Shown here: piece by piece, positions 36,113 through 45,653 of the stretch
Position numbering within the stretch: position 1 is the stretch's first letter
Layout: the number at the start of each line of letters is the position of its first letter
IMG/VR virus record: IMGVR_UViG_3300023176_000477
Location: 1 to 50,478 of that record
Length of the DNA stretch: 50,478 nt
Source of the DNA: a virus
Lineage: Duplodnaviria > Caudoviricetes
Direction: 5' to 3' (one strand)
Notes under the pieces: model-generated
The model's database searches: none
What the model was told of the DNA's origin: nothing
The model's input: the letters and a program-made list of their open reading frames with translations, nothing else
Position numbers and translations under genes: made by a program

Positions 36113-36549
36113 TGATAGAAGTATTGGTCGGTTGTATGATACCCCTGTTGATTACAACCGATACATTACCAGAGTACAGGGACTGTATGGAAGTGGCTTC
36201 TAAAGTCGAGTATGTGTTAGAACATACAGACCTTGTACAAAGGTACTTTAAGGAGGACGACATCTTGCAGGCACTAAATGTAATTTACTGTGAAAGTTCA
36301 GGAAAACCTGATGCAGTAGGCAAGAACACAAATGGTACTGCAGATGTTGGACTCTGGCAATTTAATGATAATACATGGGCTTGGTTAAAACCTAAGCTTG
36401 ATATAATAAGTAATAGGACTAATCCAAAAGTATCTACAGCTGTAGCTAGTTGGTTAGTCTACAATGATGGATGGCATCATTGGAATAGTAGCAAGCACTG
36501 TTGGAAAGATTACAATAACAGATACTTGTATATGGAGGAAACTAATTAA
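36112..36549 (+). CDS. Lysozyme-like lytic transglycosylase (SLT/Rpf-like)
   Basis: CESSG.P.A, GLWQF...TW, GWHHW; hydrophobic N-terminus. Confidence 0.8.
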   Translation: MIEVLVGCMIPLLITTDTLPEYRDCMEVASKVEYVLEHTDLVQRYFKEDDILQALNVIYCESSGKPDAVGKNTNGTADVGLWQFNDNTWAWLKPKLDIISNRTNPKVSTAVASWLVYNDGWHHWNSSKHCWKDYNNRYLYMEETN

Positions 36550-36734
36550 TGAATGAGTATTATAAATCGTATACATCTAACAAATGGAACATATGGCGTA
36601 ACCAATTAGATTCAAATACGTATGATATTAGATGTAAAAATTGTCGTAAAAAATTTGAATCTGATTATATGTACACAGAGAGATGTGTATCTTGTGAACA
36701 GAAAATGTTTGACGAATATTTTGGAGAGGAATAA
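36549..36734 (+). CDS. Small Zn-ribbon protein
   Basis: CKNC...CVSC; GGAGG SD. Confidence 0.7.
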   Translation: MNEYYKSYTSNKWNIWRNQLDSNTYDIRCKNCRKKFESDYMYTERCVSCEQKMFDEYFGEE

Positions 36735-36977
36735 ATGGCGAAAATAGACATAAATAAAATAAATATATTTACACACCATAAGTATTTAAAAGTATGGGCT
36801 ACACAGTTTAATCAAGCATGTGGTAGTGATACATTTAAAGTACAACCTGATATGAAAAAATTAAGGTTTCTTATGGATAAGTTTGTAGCAGATTACAATT
36901 GGCATCTAGAACAATTAGAATCAGAGTTTCAACAAGATGCTCATGTAAAAGATTACAGACGTTTAGAAGAAGAATAA
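36735..36977 (+). CDS. Hypothetical protein
   Basis: GAGG SD; coupled end. Confidence 0.7.
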   Translation: MAKIDINKINIFTHHKYLKVWATQFNQACGSDTFKVQPDMKKLRFLMDKFVADYNWHLEQLESEFQQDAHVKDYRRLEEE

Positions 36978-37252
36978 TGGAAAGTTTATCACCAATAAGA
37001 GAAGAAGCTATGAAACGTGCAGGTGGTCGTTGTGAGTGGGCTTATTGTAATGATAACAAGTGGCTAGAGCTAGCACATATACAAGGCATAGGTATGGGTG
37101 GCAACAAAAAACGTAAGTATGATATTAATAATGTTGCCATACTATGTAAATGGCATCATGATATATATGATGGTAGGCAATCAAGTGGACATAGTAAAGC
37201 TATAAGAGATTTATTAAAAGGATTTCTAAAAAGAGAAAGTACTATAACTTAG
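36977..37252 (+). CDS. HNH endonuclease
   Basis: RAGGRCEWAYC..LELAHI..N.AILCKWHH; start at coupled ATG 36977. Confidence 0.8.
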   Translation: MESLSPIREEAMKRAGGRCEWAYCNDNKWLELAHIQGIGMGGNKKRKYDINNVAILCKWHHDIYDGRQSSGHSKAIRDLLKGFLKRESTIT

Positions 37253-37778
37253 TATTTTTATTTTTTTTATTTCTATCTTCCCATACTGGAAGGGTTGGTG
37301 AACTATTTAAACGTGTAATAGTATTACCTGCATTACTACCCCAAGGATTTACTGGTTTAACACCACCAGGAAGTAATCCATAGTTTATAGCATCTAATAC
37401 TTTGTAACCTTTAGCAATATTTTTAGCCCATTTTTTAGCAGTACCTTTGTAACCTTGAACAGTCATATCCCATGCTCTTTTAAGACCATCTTTATTTATA
37501 GTAGGAGATACACCAGGAATTATAGGTTTATTATCTTTTTGTTTAGGAAAAGAATATGTTTTATCACCTATAGATTGCATTAATTTAGCATCATTTTTTA
37601 ATTTAATACCACGATAAATGTTAGCTACATCAGCAGCAGTAAGTTGTTCTTTACCTTTAACACTAGCAAATGCTTTCTCAGCTAATGCATTGTGTTGTTT
37701 TACACGCCTTTTAAGTTCGTCTTTACCAAGACCAGCTTTACCTTCACCTACTAATTTATTGTAATTAGGACTTCCCAT
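37242..37778 (-). CDS. Basic hypothetical protein
   Basis: 178-aa ORF, TAATG-coupled. Confidence 0.7.
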   Translation of the reverse strand: MGSPNYNKLVGEGKAGLGKDELKRRVKQHNALAEKAFASVKGKEQLTAADVANIYRGIKLKNDAKLMQSIGDKTYSFPKQKDNKPIIPGVSPTINKDGLKRAWDMTVQGYKGTAKKWAKNIAKGYKVLDAINYGLLPGGVKPVNPWGSNAGNTITRLNSSPTLPVWEDRNKKNKNTKL

Positions 37779-38023
37779 TATAGATTTTCTAATGTATATA
37801 CGTTACGTTCGTCTATTTTTGGAGCTGCAACTGCAGCAGCAACTGAGTTAACAGATACTTGACCATCACTTTTACCATGTGATACAGGTTCTTGTACTAA
37901 TCCCATGTCAGTAAGTACACTATGACTAGCGATTTTTTCAAAGTTAATACCTGATTCTACAATAGATTCTTCATCTTTATTTTCTAAAGATATTTCGTGT
38001 TTGTTATGATAATGTCCAGGCAT
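37778..38023 (-). CDS. Hypothetical protein
   Basis: 81-aa ORF coupled at both ends. Confidence 0.65.
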   Translation of the reverse strand: MPGHYHNKHEISLENKDEESIVESGINFEKIASHSVLTDMGLVQEPVSHGKSDGQVSVNSVAAAVAAPKIDERNVYTLENL

Positions 38024-38232
38024 TATTTACTCACTTTCTTAACAGGTTTAGCTAATTGTTTTTTAGCAAACTCTTTAATTACTACTAAAGCTGCAGACGC
38101 ACCTGATATTGCAGCTAACTGTACTGTATCAGCATCTACACCAACTAATGGTGCTACTGTTAATGCACCAATAAATGCTTCAACAAATGTCCATAATGTT
38201 TTTTCTAATATATCTTTATATTCTTTACTCAT
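38023..38232 (-). CDS. Holin (r1t-like, actinophage type)
   Basis: LEKTLWTFVEAFIG..AAISGASAALVVIK, two TM segments and a basic tail. Confidence 0.7.
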   Translation of the reverse strand: MSKEYKDILEKTLWTFVEAFIGALTVAPLVGVDADTVQLAAISGASAALVVIKEFAKKQLAKPVKKVSK

Positions 38233-38234
38233 AA

Positions 38235-39299
38235 TTATCCTAACTTAGAAACTAATCTTATTATTTTTGGAATACCTTTTTTAGATTTCCAAGCTTGAAA
38301 TTCTTTAAGACCTTTTTCATAATTAACTTTAGTTAATTTTTCATCAATCCATTTTTTCTCACCAATAGGTCCACGAATCATATGGTCTATTATAGCCGCA
38401 GGAGTTTTAGCAGTATCACCAACGATAGTTGCTGCATACTGTGATAATGAACTGTAATTTCTACTTATATCAGATGCTTCATCAGTAAAAGAAATCATTT
38501 TTTGTAATTGTCTTTTAGCTTCTTTTTTACTTGCATCATCAGGAAAATATTTATTTTCTAATTCATTATTTGAAAGTGGTTGTCTTCGTTCAGAGGAAAA
38601 TATATTATCATTTACTGCCTCATCAACTTCATCTAATAAACCACTTTTAACTTCATTAATAAAATCATAAACAGTCCCTTTAAATTCCATAGCAAAATCT
38701 CTTGTTCTAGCTTTACGTGCTTGTAGTTCTTGATTGACACCAGCGACTGTATTAGGCATTGGTTTATCTTTTAAAAATTCCATAGTTTCTTCATTCCAAC
38801 CTTTAATACCTCTAAAACTACCTGTATCAAATGCTCTAGTTTTATTTTCTGATACTACTTTATCTGGTAATCTAAACACTTCTTCAAAAAATGTATCTGG
38901 ATTAGTTGGGTCATAAGAGAAACCAAACTTAGCTAATTTATCACTTAATGATGCAGGTTTAGAAAACTTAGGATTAATTTGTGGACCACCAACTCCACCT
39001 GGGTTTAAACGTTCACGTTCTCTAGCTCTAAAATAAGATACAGTATCGCTTGTTTGTTTATCAGCTTTAACTTTATCATAAGCTGCTTCACCTTCTGCTT
39101 CTATAACATCATCATATTCACCTGCACCAACTTCGTAATATTGATAATTTGCAGTTTCTGCCCAGTCAGCTGATTTGTTAGCTTGATTTTTAATGTAATC
39201 TGTAGAAGACTTACCATCTTTTTTAGGGTCATAATTAGGATTATCATAATAATCTACATTCTGACCACCTGTATTATTGCCGCCTTTAAATGCTACCAT
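38235..39299 (-). CDS. Hydrophilic hypothetical protein
   Basis: 354 aa; AGGAG SD. Confidence 0.75.
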   Translation of the reverse strand: MVAFKGGNNTGGQNVDYYDNPNYDPKKDGKSSTDYIKNQANKSADWAETANYQYYEVGAGEYDDVIEAEGEAAYDKVKADKQTSDTVSYFRARERERLNPGGVGGPQINPKFSKPASLSDKLAKFGFSYDPTNPDTFFEEVFRLPDKVVSENKTRAFDTGSFRGIKGWNEETMEFLKDKPMPNTVAGVNQELQARKARTRDFAMEFKGTVYDFINEVKSGLLDEVDEAVNDNIFSSERRQPLSNNELENKYFPDDASKKEAKRQLQKMISFTDEASDISRNYSSLSQYAATIVGDTAKTPAAIIDHMIRGPIGEKKWIDEKLTKVNYEKGLKEFQAWKSKKGIPKIIRLVSKLG

Positions 39300-39307
39300 T
39301 TATACTC

Positions 39308-41011
39308 CTAAAAAAACTTACTAAGGTTTAACAATAATTTTTTATTAACTGGTAAACCATATTCTTTTTCCATATTTCTTAACGCTAGTCTAACAAGATT
39401 ATTTTTATTTGCAACGTTTGGATACATTGCCTTTAATTGATTCATTTGATTAACTAAAGATTCTTGTGTTTTATATTCAGCTTTAGATATTCTAGGTGTA
39501 CTCTCATCAATAGCACTAGGTACATATGTTTGTTTAGGTTTGTATTCTCTTTTTGTTTTATCATAAATTTCTATTTTACCTGGTTGTTCTTTACTAGCTC
39601 TTTCAGCTTGTACATCTGAGTCGTATCTTACACCTGATAATCTATCAGTACCAAAAGAAGTAATACCAGTACCTATTGGTTTTGCTTCATCAACTTCAGG
39701 TCCTACTTTTAAAAATATTGACTTACCTTTTTTATCAATACCTACAGGTAATTTATCTCCAACATTAAAACCCATTTCTTTTATAGTTTTATTTCCTGCA
39801 GCAGTTGGATGTTTAAAATTAATAGGTATTGTATTATCACCATAAGCTTTTTCATAATTTATTTTTGCTGCAGCTTCTAAATCTTCTTGAGTTTTATTCA
39901 TAAATCCACCACCTATTTTCATATCACCAAAGTTTTCTGTAAGCATAGGTTTAGTTTGTGTACCCATAGCTTGTCCTTCTAGTAAACCACCCTTACCTTG
40001 TTCTATAATATTTGCTTGTGATTCGTCTAATGATTTACTTAATTTTTGTGCACGTTTAGTTTCAGTAGATAAATCTATTTTGTCAAAATCTTGTACCATT
40101 TTGTTGTATTCTTTAATTTCAGCACTACTTTCAAATGGCATTTGTTTACCAATGTTGCTTTCATTTGCAGTTTTAATTAAATTATATTGTTTTACATGAC
40201 TATCTACAGGTCCGTAATACTTATCATCATATAAACCTGATTCTCTTTGTAAATATTCTAAGTCTTCAGTTGCTTGATTAGCAGCTTCTACTGCTTTTGT
40301 TAAAGCACTGTCACCAACTGAAGGTAATGTTTTTGATATGTCAGTTCCAGATGTACGTAACATACGACTAATACTAGATTTAGTTACTTTTAATGCAAGT
40401 TTATCTGATAGTCCTTTGTTTTTAGCAGTAAAATATTGTTTAGTTAAACGCAATTCATTGTCACTAAAATCATTCAATGATTTATAAACAGGTACATATT
40501 TTTCTACAAAACTAGGTCTAGGACCAGCTGAACTTACATCTTTTAACATAGGTGTATAACCTCTACGAAGTTGTTTACCTATATCAATGTCAGCTTGTAT
40601 ATCTGACAAACCTCTAGATACAGTAGTTTCTATATCACCTACTTTTCTAGGTACATCTCCTTTACTTTGTTTAAATATTTGTTTACTTTTTACACCACCT
40701 ATATTTTCTACATCACTTATATTTGCTAAGTTACTATCTTTAAATTCACCTAAGCCATGATTACCTGTTGATTCTAAAATTTTATTTATAATTGCTGTAT
40801 CAAATGCATCATCAGCACCTTCAGATATTAATTTACTTGCATCTACTGAACCTAATGCTACTTCACCACCTAATTTTAATTCAGCATGTATGCTTTTTAA
40901 TACAGGTAAATCTTTTTTACTAACATTAAATTTATTAGATAAACGAACAGAACGACTACCACCTTTAGTTAATTGTTCTATAATGTATTCTATTCTGTCT
41001 ATGTCACTCAT
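39308..41011 (-). CDS. Hydrophilic hypothetical protein
   Basis: 567 aa; ATGA overlap with the endolysin-like gene. Confidence 0.75.
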   Translation of the reverse strand: MSDIDRIEYIIEQLTKGGSRSVRLSNKFNVSKKDLPVLKSIHAELKLGGEVALGSVDASKLISEGADDAFDTAIINKILESTGNHGLGEFKDSNLANISDVENIGGVKSKQIFKQSKGDVPRKVGDIETTVSRGLSDIQADIDIGKQLRRGYTPMLKDVSSAGPRPSFVEKYVPVYKSLNDFSDNELRLTKQYFTAKNKGLSDKLALKVTKSSISRMLRTSGTDISKTLPSVGDSALTKAVEAANQATEDLEYLQRESGLYDDKYYGPVDSHVKQYNLIKTANESNIGKQMPFESSAEIKEYNKMVQDFDKIDLSTETKRAQKLSKSLDESQANIIEQGKGGLLEGQAMGTQTKPMLTENFGDMKIGGGFMNKTQEDLEAAAKINYEKAYGDNTIPINFKHPTAAGNKTIKEMGFNVGDKLPVGIDKKGKSIFLKVGPEVDEAKPIGTGITSFGTDRLSGVRYDSDVQAERASKEQPGKIEIYDKTKREYKPKQTYVPSAIDESTPRISKAEYKTQESLVNQMNQLKAMYPNVANKNNLVRLALRNMEKEYGLPVNKKLLLNLSKFF

Positions 41012-41616
41012 ATTATTCTTTTTCCATCAAGCTTAGCAGATAATATTTTGACTTCACCACTTATCTCTTGCAATTTTTCCATAACTTGTTTAGGTTGTAT
41101 CATATCTGGTGGAGCTGCATTAGAAACTTCAGGTGTAGGTAACTTACCATCATAATCTATATATTCTACTTCTACATCTAATCCTGATTCAATAGCAGCT
41201 AATACACGAGGATATACAAGTGCATATGCATCACGACTTGAACCAATAAACCCATCTTTAGCTACTAAATTGCTAGTTTGTGTGTTACCTAACAGCAAAC
41301 AACCTGCAGTATTTTCATCTGTATTACCTGAATGCCATAGTATCCATTCAAATCCAGGTACATCTAATACCCATATCATACCTTTATGAAAGTCTGCACC
41401 ATATCTGGACAGATAACGATTATGAAAACCACCTTCTGTACGTAAACCTAGCTTATAAGTACCAGCAGGTATGCGTGTTTCACCCCAGACTTTAACATCA
41501 CGTTGTTCATCTTCTAATGTATAACAAAGAAATGTACGCTTACCATTGTTGACTTCAAATAACAAACCTGATGTAGAGTCTTTTTGACTACTAACTCTTA
41601 ATACTTCGTATTTCAA
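41008..41616 (-). CDS. Putative endolysin, DUF5675 / L,D-transpeptidase-like
   Basis: CYTLED, ETRIPAGTY, VPGFEWILWHSGNT..NTAGCLLLG (His/Cys pair). Confidence 0.75.
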   Translation of the reverse strand: MKYEVLRVSSQKDSTSGLLFEVNNGKRTFLCYTLEDEQRDVKVWGETRIPAGTYKLGLRTEGGFHNRYLSRYGADFHKGMIWVLDVPGFEWILWHSGNTDENTAGCLLLGNTQTSNLVAKDGFIGSSRDAYALVYPRVLAAIESGLDVEVEYIDYDGKLPTPEVSNAAPPDMIQPKQVMEKLQEISGEVKILSAKLDGKRII

Positions 41617-41758
41617 TTGATTCCCACACTTTACACCAACCTCCTGGTGCTACTTGTTCTTTGAATGCAATGCAATAGTTATTAATATAATGTTTGCAAT
41701 TAGAACAATACTGACCAGTTGTATTACTTCTGTTAACATATGCTCCTGGTAACGCCAT
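41591..41758 (-). CDS. Minimal HiPIP-like Fe-S protein, complete 55-aa copy (not in ORF track)
   Basis: MALPGAYVNRSNTTGQYCSNCKHYINNYCIAFKEQVAPGGWCKVWESIEIRSIKS. Confidence 0.7.
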   Translation of the reverse strand: MALPGAYVNRSNTTGQYCSNCKHYINNYCIAFKEQVAPGGWCKVWESIEIRSIKS

Positions 41759-41886
41759 TACTTTTTCTTACGAATCTTTTTAATTTTATTGTTATGTGTT
41801 TTAGCATAAATAAAATTTTTAGTTTCACGAGTGACTGTACCTTCATAGGTTTTGTCACCCCATTTCCAACTTACTGTTTTAGCCAT
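41758..41886 (-). CDS. 42-aa basic protein, copy B
   Basis: MAKTVSWKWGDKTYEGTVTRETKNF...; homologue of 139-267. Confidence 0.7.
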   Translation of the reverse strand: MAKTVSWKWGDKTYEGTVTRETKNFIYAKTHNNKIKKIRKKK

Positions 41887-42179
41887 TACCACTTAACCTT
41901 ATGTGACCAATACTTAGCAGATAATTTAGATTTAGGTTTACCTTGTGCATTATGTCTAGCATAATACGACTTTTTACGTGCTTTATCTTTTTTACTTTTA
42001 GGATTTTTACCAGCACCTTTAACACCTTGTTGTCCAAATCTAATTAACTTATACTTGTTACCTTCTTTAGCCATAACAACATGTGATTTTGTTTTGTGAC
42101 TAGGTGTAAGCTTAGGTTTATTAACACCTTTAAGGCCGTTCTTTTTCATAATAGCTTTAACTCTATCTGGAACTGCCAT
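41886..42179 (-). CDS. Small Lys-rich phage protein, copy B
   Basis: Homologue of 269-565 with a diverged C-half. Confidence 0.85.
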   Translation of the reverse strand: MAVPDRVKAIMKKNGLKGVNKPKLTPSHKTKSHVVMAKEGNKYKLIRFGQQGVKGAGKNPKSKKDKARKKSYYARHNAQGKPKSKLSAKYWSHKVKW

Positions 42180-42232
42180 TATATCTCCTGTTTTCTCGTT
42201 TAACTAAGTATAATGATAGTATATTACTAAAG

Positions 42233-42319
42233 CTAGTTATTAGTGCAGTTATCACTGCCGTGCTTACAATTACAAATTTGTACAAACGAACCATCTTCTT
42301 TTTCTTTTACCATACACAT
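42233..42319 (-). CDS. 28-aa Cys-rich micropeptide, copy B (not in ORF track)
   Basis: MCMVKEKEDGSFVQICNCKHGSDNCTNN; AGGAGG SD. Confidence 0.6.
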   Translation of the reverse strand: MCMVKEKEDGSFVQICNCKHGSDNCTNN

Positions 42320-42320
42320 A

Positions 42321-42524
42321 CTATCCTCCTATTTTAAATAATAACTCTGTAAAATTAGATTCTAACATATCTAGTTCACTATTCATTTCCATAACCATAG
42401 CATCACAAGCGTTCTGATGTGATTTAATTTCTTCTATCGAGTTGAATACCCAACCAAATGCACTAATTACTATTGTTGCAATTATTGGAATGATTGTTTT
42501 TGTGTCTATTTTTAATGTTGCCAT
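42321..42524 (-). CDS. TM + coiled-coil protein, copy B
   Basis: Homologue of 677-880. Confidence 0.8.
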   Translation of the reverse strand: MATLKIDTKTIIPIIATIVISAFGWVFNSIEEIKSHQNACDAMVMEMNSELDMLESNFTELLFKIGG

Positions 42525-42531
42525 TATTCTC

Positions 42532-42705
42532 CTACATTAAGGCAGCAACAACAACACCACCTACTGCTACCAATAATCCTAATACTTTATAAAATTCTGC
42601 TTTGTCTAGTTTTGCGTCTAGTTTACTATCTATTTCATCAAGGCGTTTTAATACCATATCTAACATCTCCTTCTGTGTATAACCATTACCGAGATAGTCA
42701 GACAT
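42532..42705 (-). CDS. 57-aa coiled-coil + TM protein, copy B
   Basis: Homologue of 888-1061. Confidence 0.8.
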   Translation of the reverse strand: MSDYLGNGYTQKEMLDMVLKRLDEIDSKLDAKLDKAEFYKVLGLLVAVGGVVVAALM

Positions 42706-42863
42706 TATGGAAGGTCATCCTCTGACATATAGATGTCATCACTCCAGGTGTATGCTTTATCGTAGTAGTTACGATTTTCCCAATCCCAAGTACTTAATCT
42801 TTTAAGAGTTGATACAATATCTTTTAAAAAAATACCTAATAAAAACCCAATTATAAAATCCAT
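42705..42863 (-). CDS. 52-aa membrane-anchored protein, copy B
   Basis: Homologue of 1061-1219. Confidence 0.75.
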   Translation of the reverse strand: MDFIIGFLLGIFLKDIVSTLKRLSTWDWENRNYYDKAYTWSDDIYMSEDDLP

Positions 42864-42881
42864 AAGCAGGATTATAACATA

Positions 42882-43118
42882 TTATAACTTTTTGGAAATC
42901 ATTTTAGAACTTCTACCAGTTTTAGTATTTTTATTTTTTTCTATAACTTCAGAAGTTAAATATTTTTTAATATCTTCTTCTTTTAATATTAATTCATTAG
43001 TTGCATAACTAACAATTTTTTCTACTTCTTCAGGATTGTGCATATCTATTTCTTTATCAACTAAAATATCATCAATCCATAAACTAAATTTAACTGAATA
43101 ACTTATATATTCTTTCAT
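42882..43118 (-). CDS. Hypothetical protein unique to cassette B
   Basis: 78 aa, ATGA overlap; no counterpart in copy A. Confidence 0.6.
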   Translation of the reverse strand: MKEYISYSVKFSLWIDDILVDKEIDMHNPEEVEKIVSYATNELILKEEDIKKYLTSEVIEKNKNTKTGRSSKMISKKL

Positions 43119-43840
43119 TCTATAATCCTTTCTTTTATTTTAGCTAAAGTTTTATTTAACATTTTACTTTCGTGAAATCTAGCATATCTATTTATTAACG
43201 GTACATTGCTTTCCCAAGAACTTGCAGTACTACAAACATTCATAATTTTTGCTAAATCATTTGACATTTCAAACATTTTAAATTTAATTTTTTTATTTGT
43301 TAAAAAATTAATAAAAGCTAAAGGTTCATTTTGTTTAATAATAAATTCATCTACATTTGACCACAAGTTAAATTCTACTTGTATAGGTCTAAACCATTTA
43401 CCAATATTATATTGTCCAGGAGTTACTGAACCATATTGCATATGAGGTGCATTAATAAAATAAGGAGCTGTAAATTGAACTTCTAAACTTTCATCAGCAA
43501 ATAATATTATTGGATAACTATATTCTAATAATATTTGATTATTTAATTGTGGTTCTCTTTTTATTGTTGCACTTAAAGAATTTTTACCAGTAGATAAAGC
43601 AACGTTTGTTATTTTATAACTAGATTCTATAGGATTTTCTAACACATATAAATTTTTAGATAAGTTTTGATAAGCAGTACAAGATAAATAAGCTCTATTA
43701 TTTAGTTCTTTACTACGAGTTTTATTTATATTTTTATTTAATAAACTACTTAAACTAACAGGTTCTTTATAAAGTATTGACCAATCTTCTGTTTGATGTA
43801 AATTATCAGGACTTGCATAATATACAGTTATTTCTTTCAT
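43115..43840 (-). CDS. Accessory beta-rich family paralogue unique to cassette B
   Basis: YLSCTAY, TPGQYNIGKWFRP, IKQNEPLAFINF. Confidence 0.75.
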   Translation of the reverse strand: MKEITVYYASPDNLHQTEDWSILYKEPVSLSSLLNKNINKTRSKELNNRAYLSCTAYQNLSKNLYVLENPIESSYKITNVALSTGKNSLSATIKREPQLNNQILLEYSYPIILFADESLEVQFTAPYFINAPHMQYGSVTPGQYNIGKWFRPIQVEFNLWSNVDEFIIKQNEPLAFINFLTNKKIKFKMFEMSNDLAKIMNVCSTASSWESNVPLINRYARFHESKMLNKTLAKIKERIIE

Positions 43841-44523
43841 AATAATTTATTAGGTCTTTTATTAATTATGTTATTAATTATAGGTCTAACATTTTTATAG
43901 TAACTTACAATATTGTTACTGTATTTATAATATTTATTTATATTATCTGTACTATCTATATAATTTAAATCTACTTTGTAATTGAACATTAAGTTAGCAA
44001 ATGATTTACCAAGTGTTAATGTTACAGTTGCTGATTTATCTGTTGTTTGCATATAAGTAGGATTTATTTCTCTTATCCAATTATTAATATAAAAACCTCC
44101 AGGTACAAATACACAATTATCATAAGTTTTTTCATCAGGTGGTAACATAGTAATTTCAATATCTTTAGCATCATCAGTAGCAAACACTAAATAAGTATGC
44201 AATTGCAAAACAGCTCTACCATTATGTAGCTGTACATTAATTATATGATTAAATACATCACTGACTTCATCTGTTACTTGCATATCTTTATTATTAAAAT
44301 TCCAATAAGCAAATGGTTTTGCATTGTTATCAAGACCAAAAGTAATTTCTACAGTGTATGGAGATAATAAGTTATACAATTTATTATGCGTAGATTTAAT
44401 AGCAGGACAACCAAAGTCAATTGTTTTTCTTTTAATAATTTCAGGTAACAAAAACTTAGGTATTATTGAGTTAGGACTTTGCGTGTAAGATACTTTATGT
44501 TTTTTTTTATCATTAAATATCAT
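43837..44523 (-). CDS. Accessory beta-rich family protein, homologue of 1228-1923
   Basis: GCPAI, FVPGGFYINNWIR, C-terminal KRP.KL. Confidence 0.75.
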   Translation of the reverse strand: MIFNDKKKHKVSYTQSPNSIIPKFLLPEIIKRKTIDFGCPAIKSTHNKLYNLLSPYTVEITFGLDNNAKPFAYWNFNNKDMQVTDEVSDVFNHIINVQLHNGRAVLQLHTYLVFATDDAKDIEITMLPPDEKTYDNCVFVPGGFYINNWIREINPTYMQTTDKSATVTLTLGKSFANLMFNYKVDLNYIDSTDNINKYYKYSNNIVSYYKNVRPIINNIINKRPNKLL

Positions 44524-45250
44524 ATTTACGTTTTTTAAAATATCCTTTACTAAAACTTCTATGTGCTAAATATTGTGATTTAATAACTTTATTTTTAAGT
44601 TCTTCATCCATAGGTTTCATTTCTACTTTTGTATCAGTTCTTTTAAATGGAATGTAATAACATAGTGGTGTTCCAGCTTTTATATACACTTCATCTTTAT
44701 CACTAACATAAAATATTTGTGGATTAACTTCGTGATGAATATCAATATCTATAACACCATATGGTACATACCAATCATCCATTTGGTCATAATGATAAAA
44801 CATTGGTAACTGCATTAAACTATAACCAGGAGGACCTATTATTTGTATTGGATTTACAAATTTAAATACTTTTTTAATTGGACTATTTATGTGTTGTATC
44901 ATTTGACTATCGTGATGTATTTCTATTTCAAATGCTTCATTAGCAATTTTCCAATAATTAATATCGTGATTATCTTTAGCTACAGAAAACCACATATCTA
45001 CAGGTGCAGGTAATACATAACCTAAATTAAATATATCAGCAAAACTAGGACAATATTTTACAGTTCTACCATTAGGTATTATTTCTTTTCCTACAACAGG
45101 AAATGACAAACCTTCTTCATTTATATCTCTTGGGATATTTTTCCACCAAGGTGGTATAAATTTATTAGCTGGTTGTAAATGCACATCTAATGATGAATAA
45201 ACACCCATATTAAATGTACAGGTTATTATTTTATCTTTTTTGAATTTCAT
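44513..45250 (-). CDS. Accessory beta-rich family protein, homologue of 1923-2612
   Basis: RTVKYCPSFADIF, IKAGTPLCYYIPFKR. Confidence 0.8.
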   Translation of the reverse strand: MKFKKDKIITCTFNMGVYSSLDVHLQPANKFIPPWWKNIPRDINEEGLSFPVVGKEIIPNGRTVKYCPSFADIFNLGYVLPAPVDMWFSVAKDNHDINYWKIANEAFEIEIHHDSQMIQHINSPIKKVFKFVNPIQIIGPPGYSLMQLPMFYHYDQMDDWYVPYGVIDIDIHHEVNPQIFYVSDKDEVYIKAGTPLCYYIPFKRTDTKVEMKPMDEELKNKVIKSQYLAHRSFSKGYFKKRKYDI

Positions 45251-45276
45251 AGTTCCACCTTACTATAGTTAATATT

Positions 45277-45651
45277 TTATTCTTGAACTTCCCATTGTTG
45301 TAGTTCTTCATTCCAATGTTTATAAACACCTACAGGTTCAACTGGATATTCAACAGGTGCTACCCATTCAGCATTATCAACATCTAATGTCCAACTATCA
45401 AAAGGTTTTGGAGGCATAAATATATCGTGTTCTCTAATATAAAGATACCCTTCACTAGCATAGTTACCACGTATATTATTATTATAAGAAGTTTTTAACC
45501 AAATTGTTTCTTCACCATATAATGATTTACAAAAAGCAATACCTGCTTCTTCTGTTTCTAATTGTGTTACAGGGTCTAAGTTGTCATTATCATTAACTGC
45601 AATAACTCTTAATACATTATCTTGGTTATCTAATTCTGCGTAATAAGCCAT
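45277..45651 (-). CDS. Tail-fibre-associated protein, allele B
   Basis: MAYYAELD..TSYN..RGNYA..PPKP..SW.LD..W. Confidence 0.7.
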   Translation of the reverse strand: MAYYAELDNQDNVLRVIAVNDNDNLDPVTQLETEEAGIAFCKSLYGEETIWLKTSYNNNIRGNYASEGYLYIREHDIFMPPKPFDSWTLDVDNAEWVAPVEYPVEPVGVYKHWNEELQQWEVQE

Positions 45652-45653
45652 AG

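Noticed and set aside
41600-41640. Prophage att site or insertion junction at the start of copy B
   Set aside because: The apparent boundary is only the window edge projected onto the map; the reading frame runs through it and there is no integrase or host DNA.
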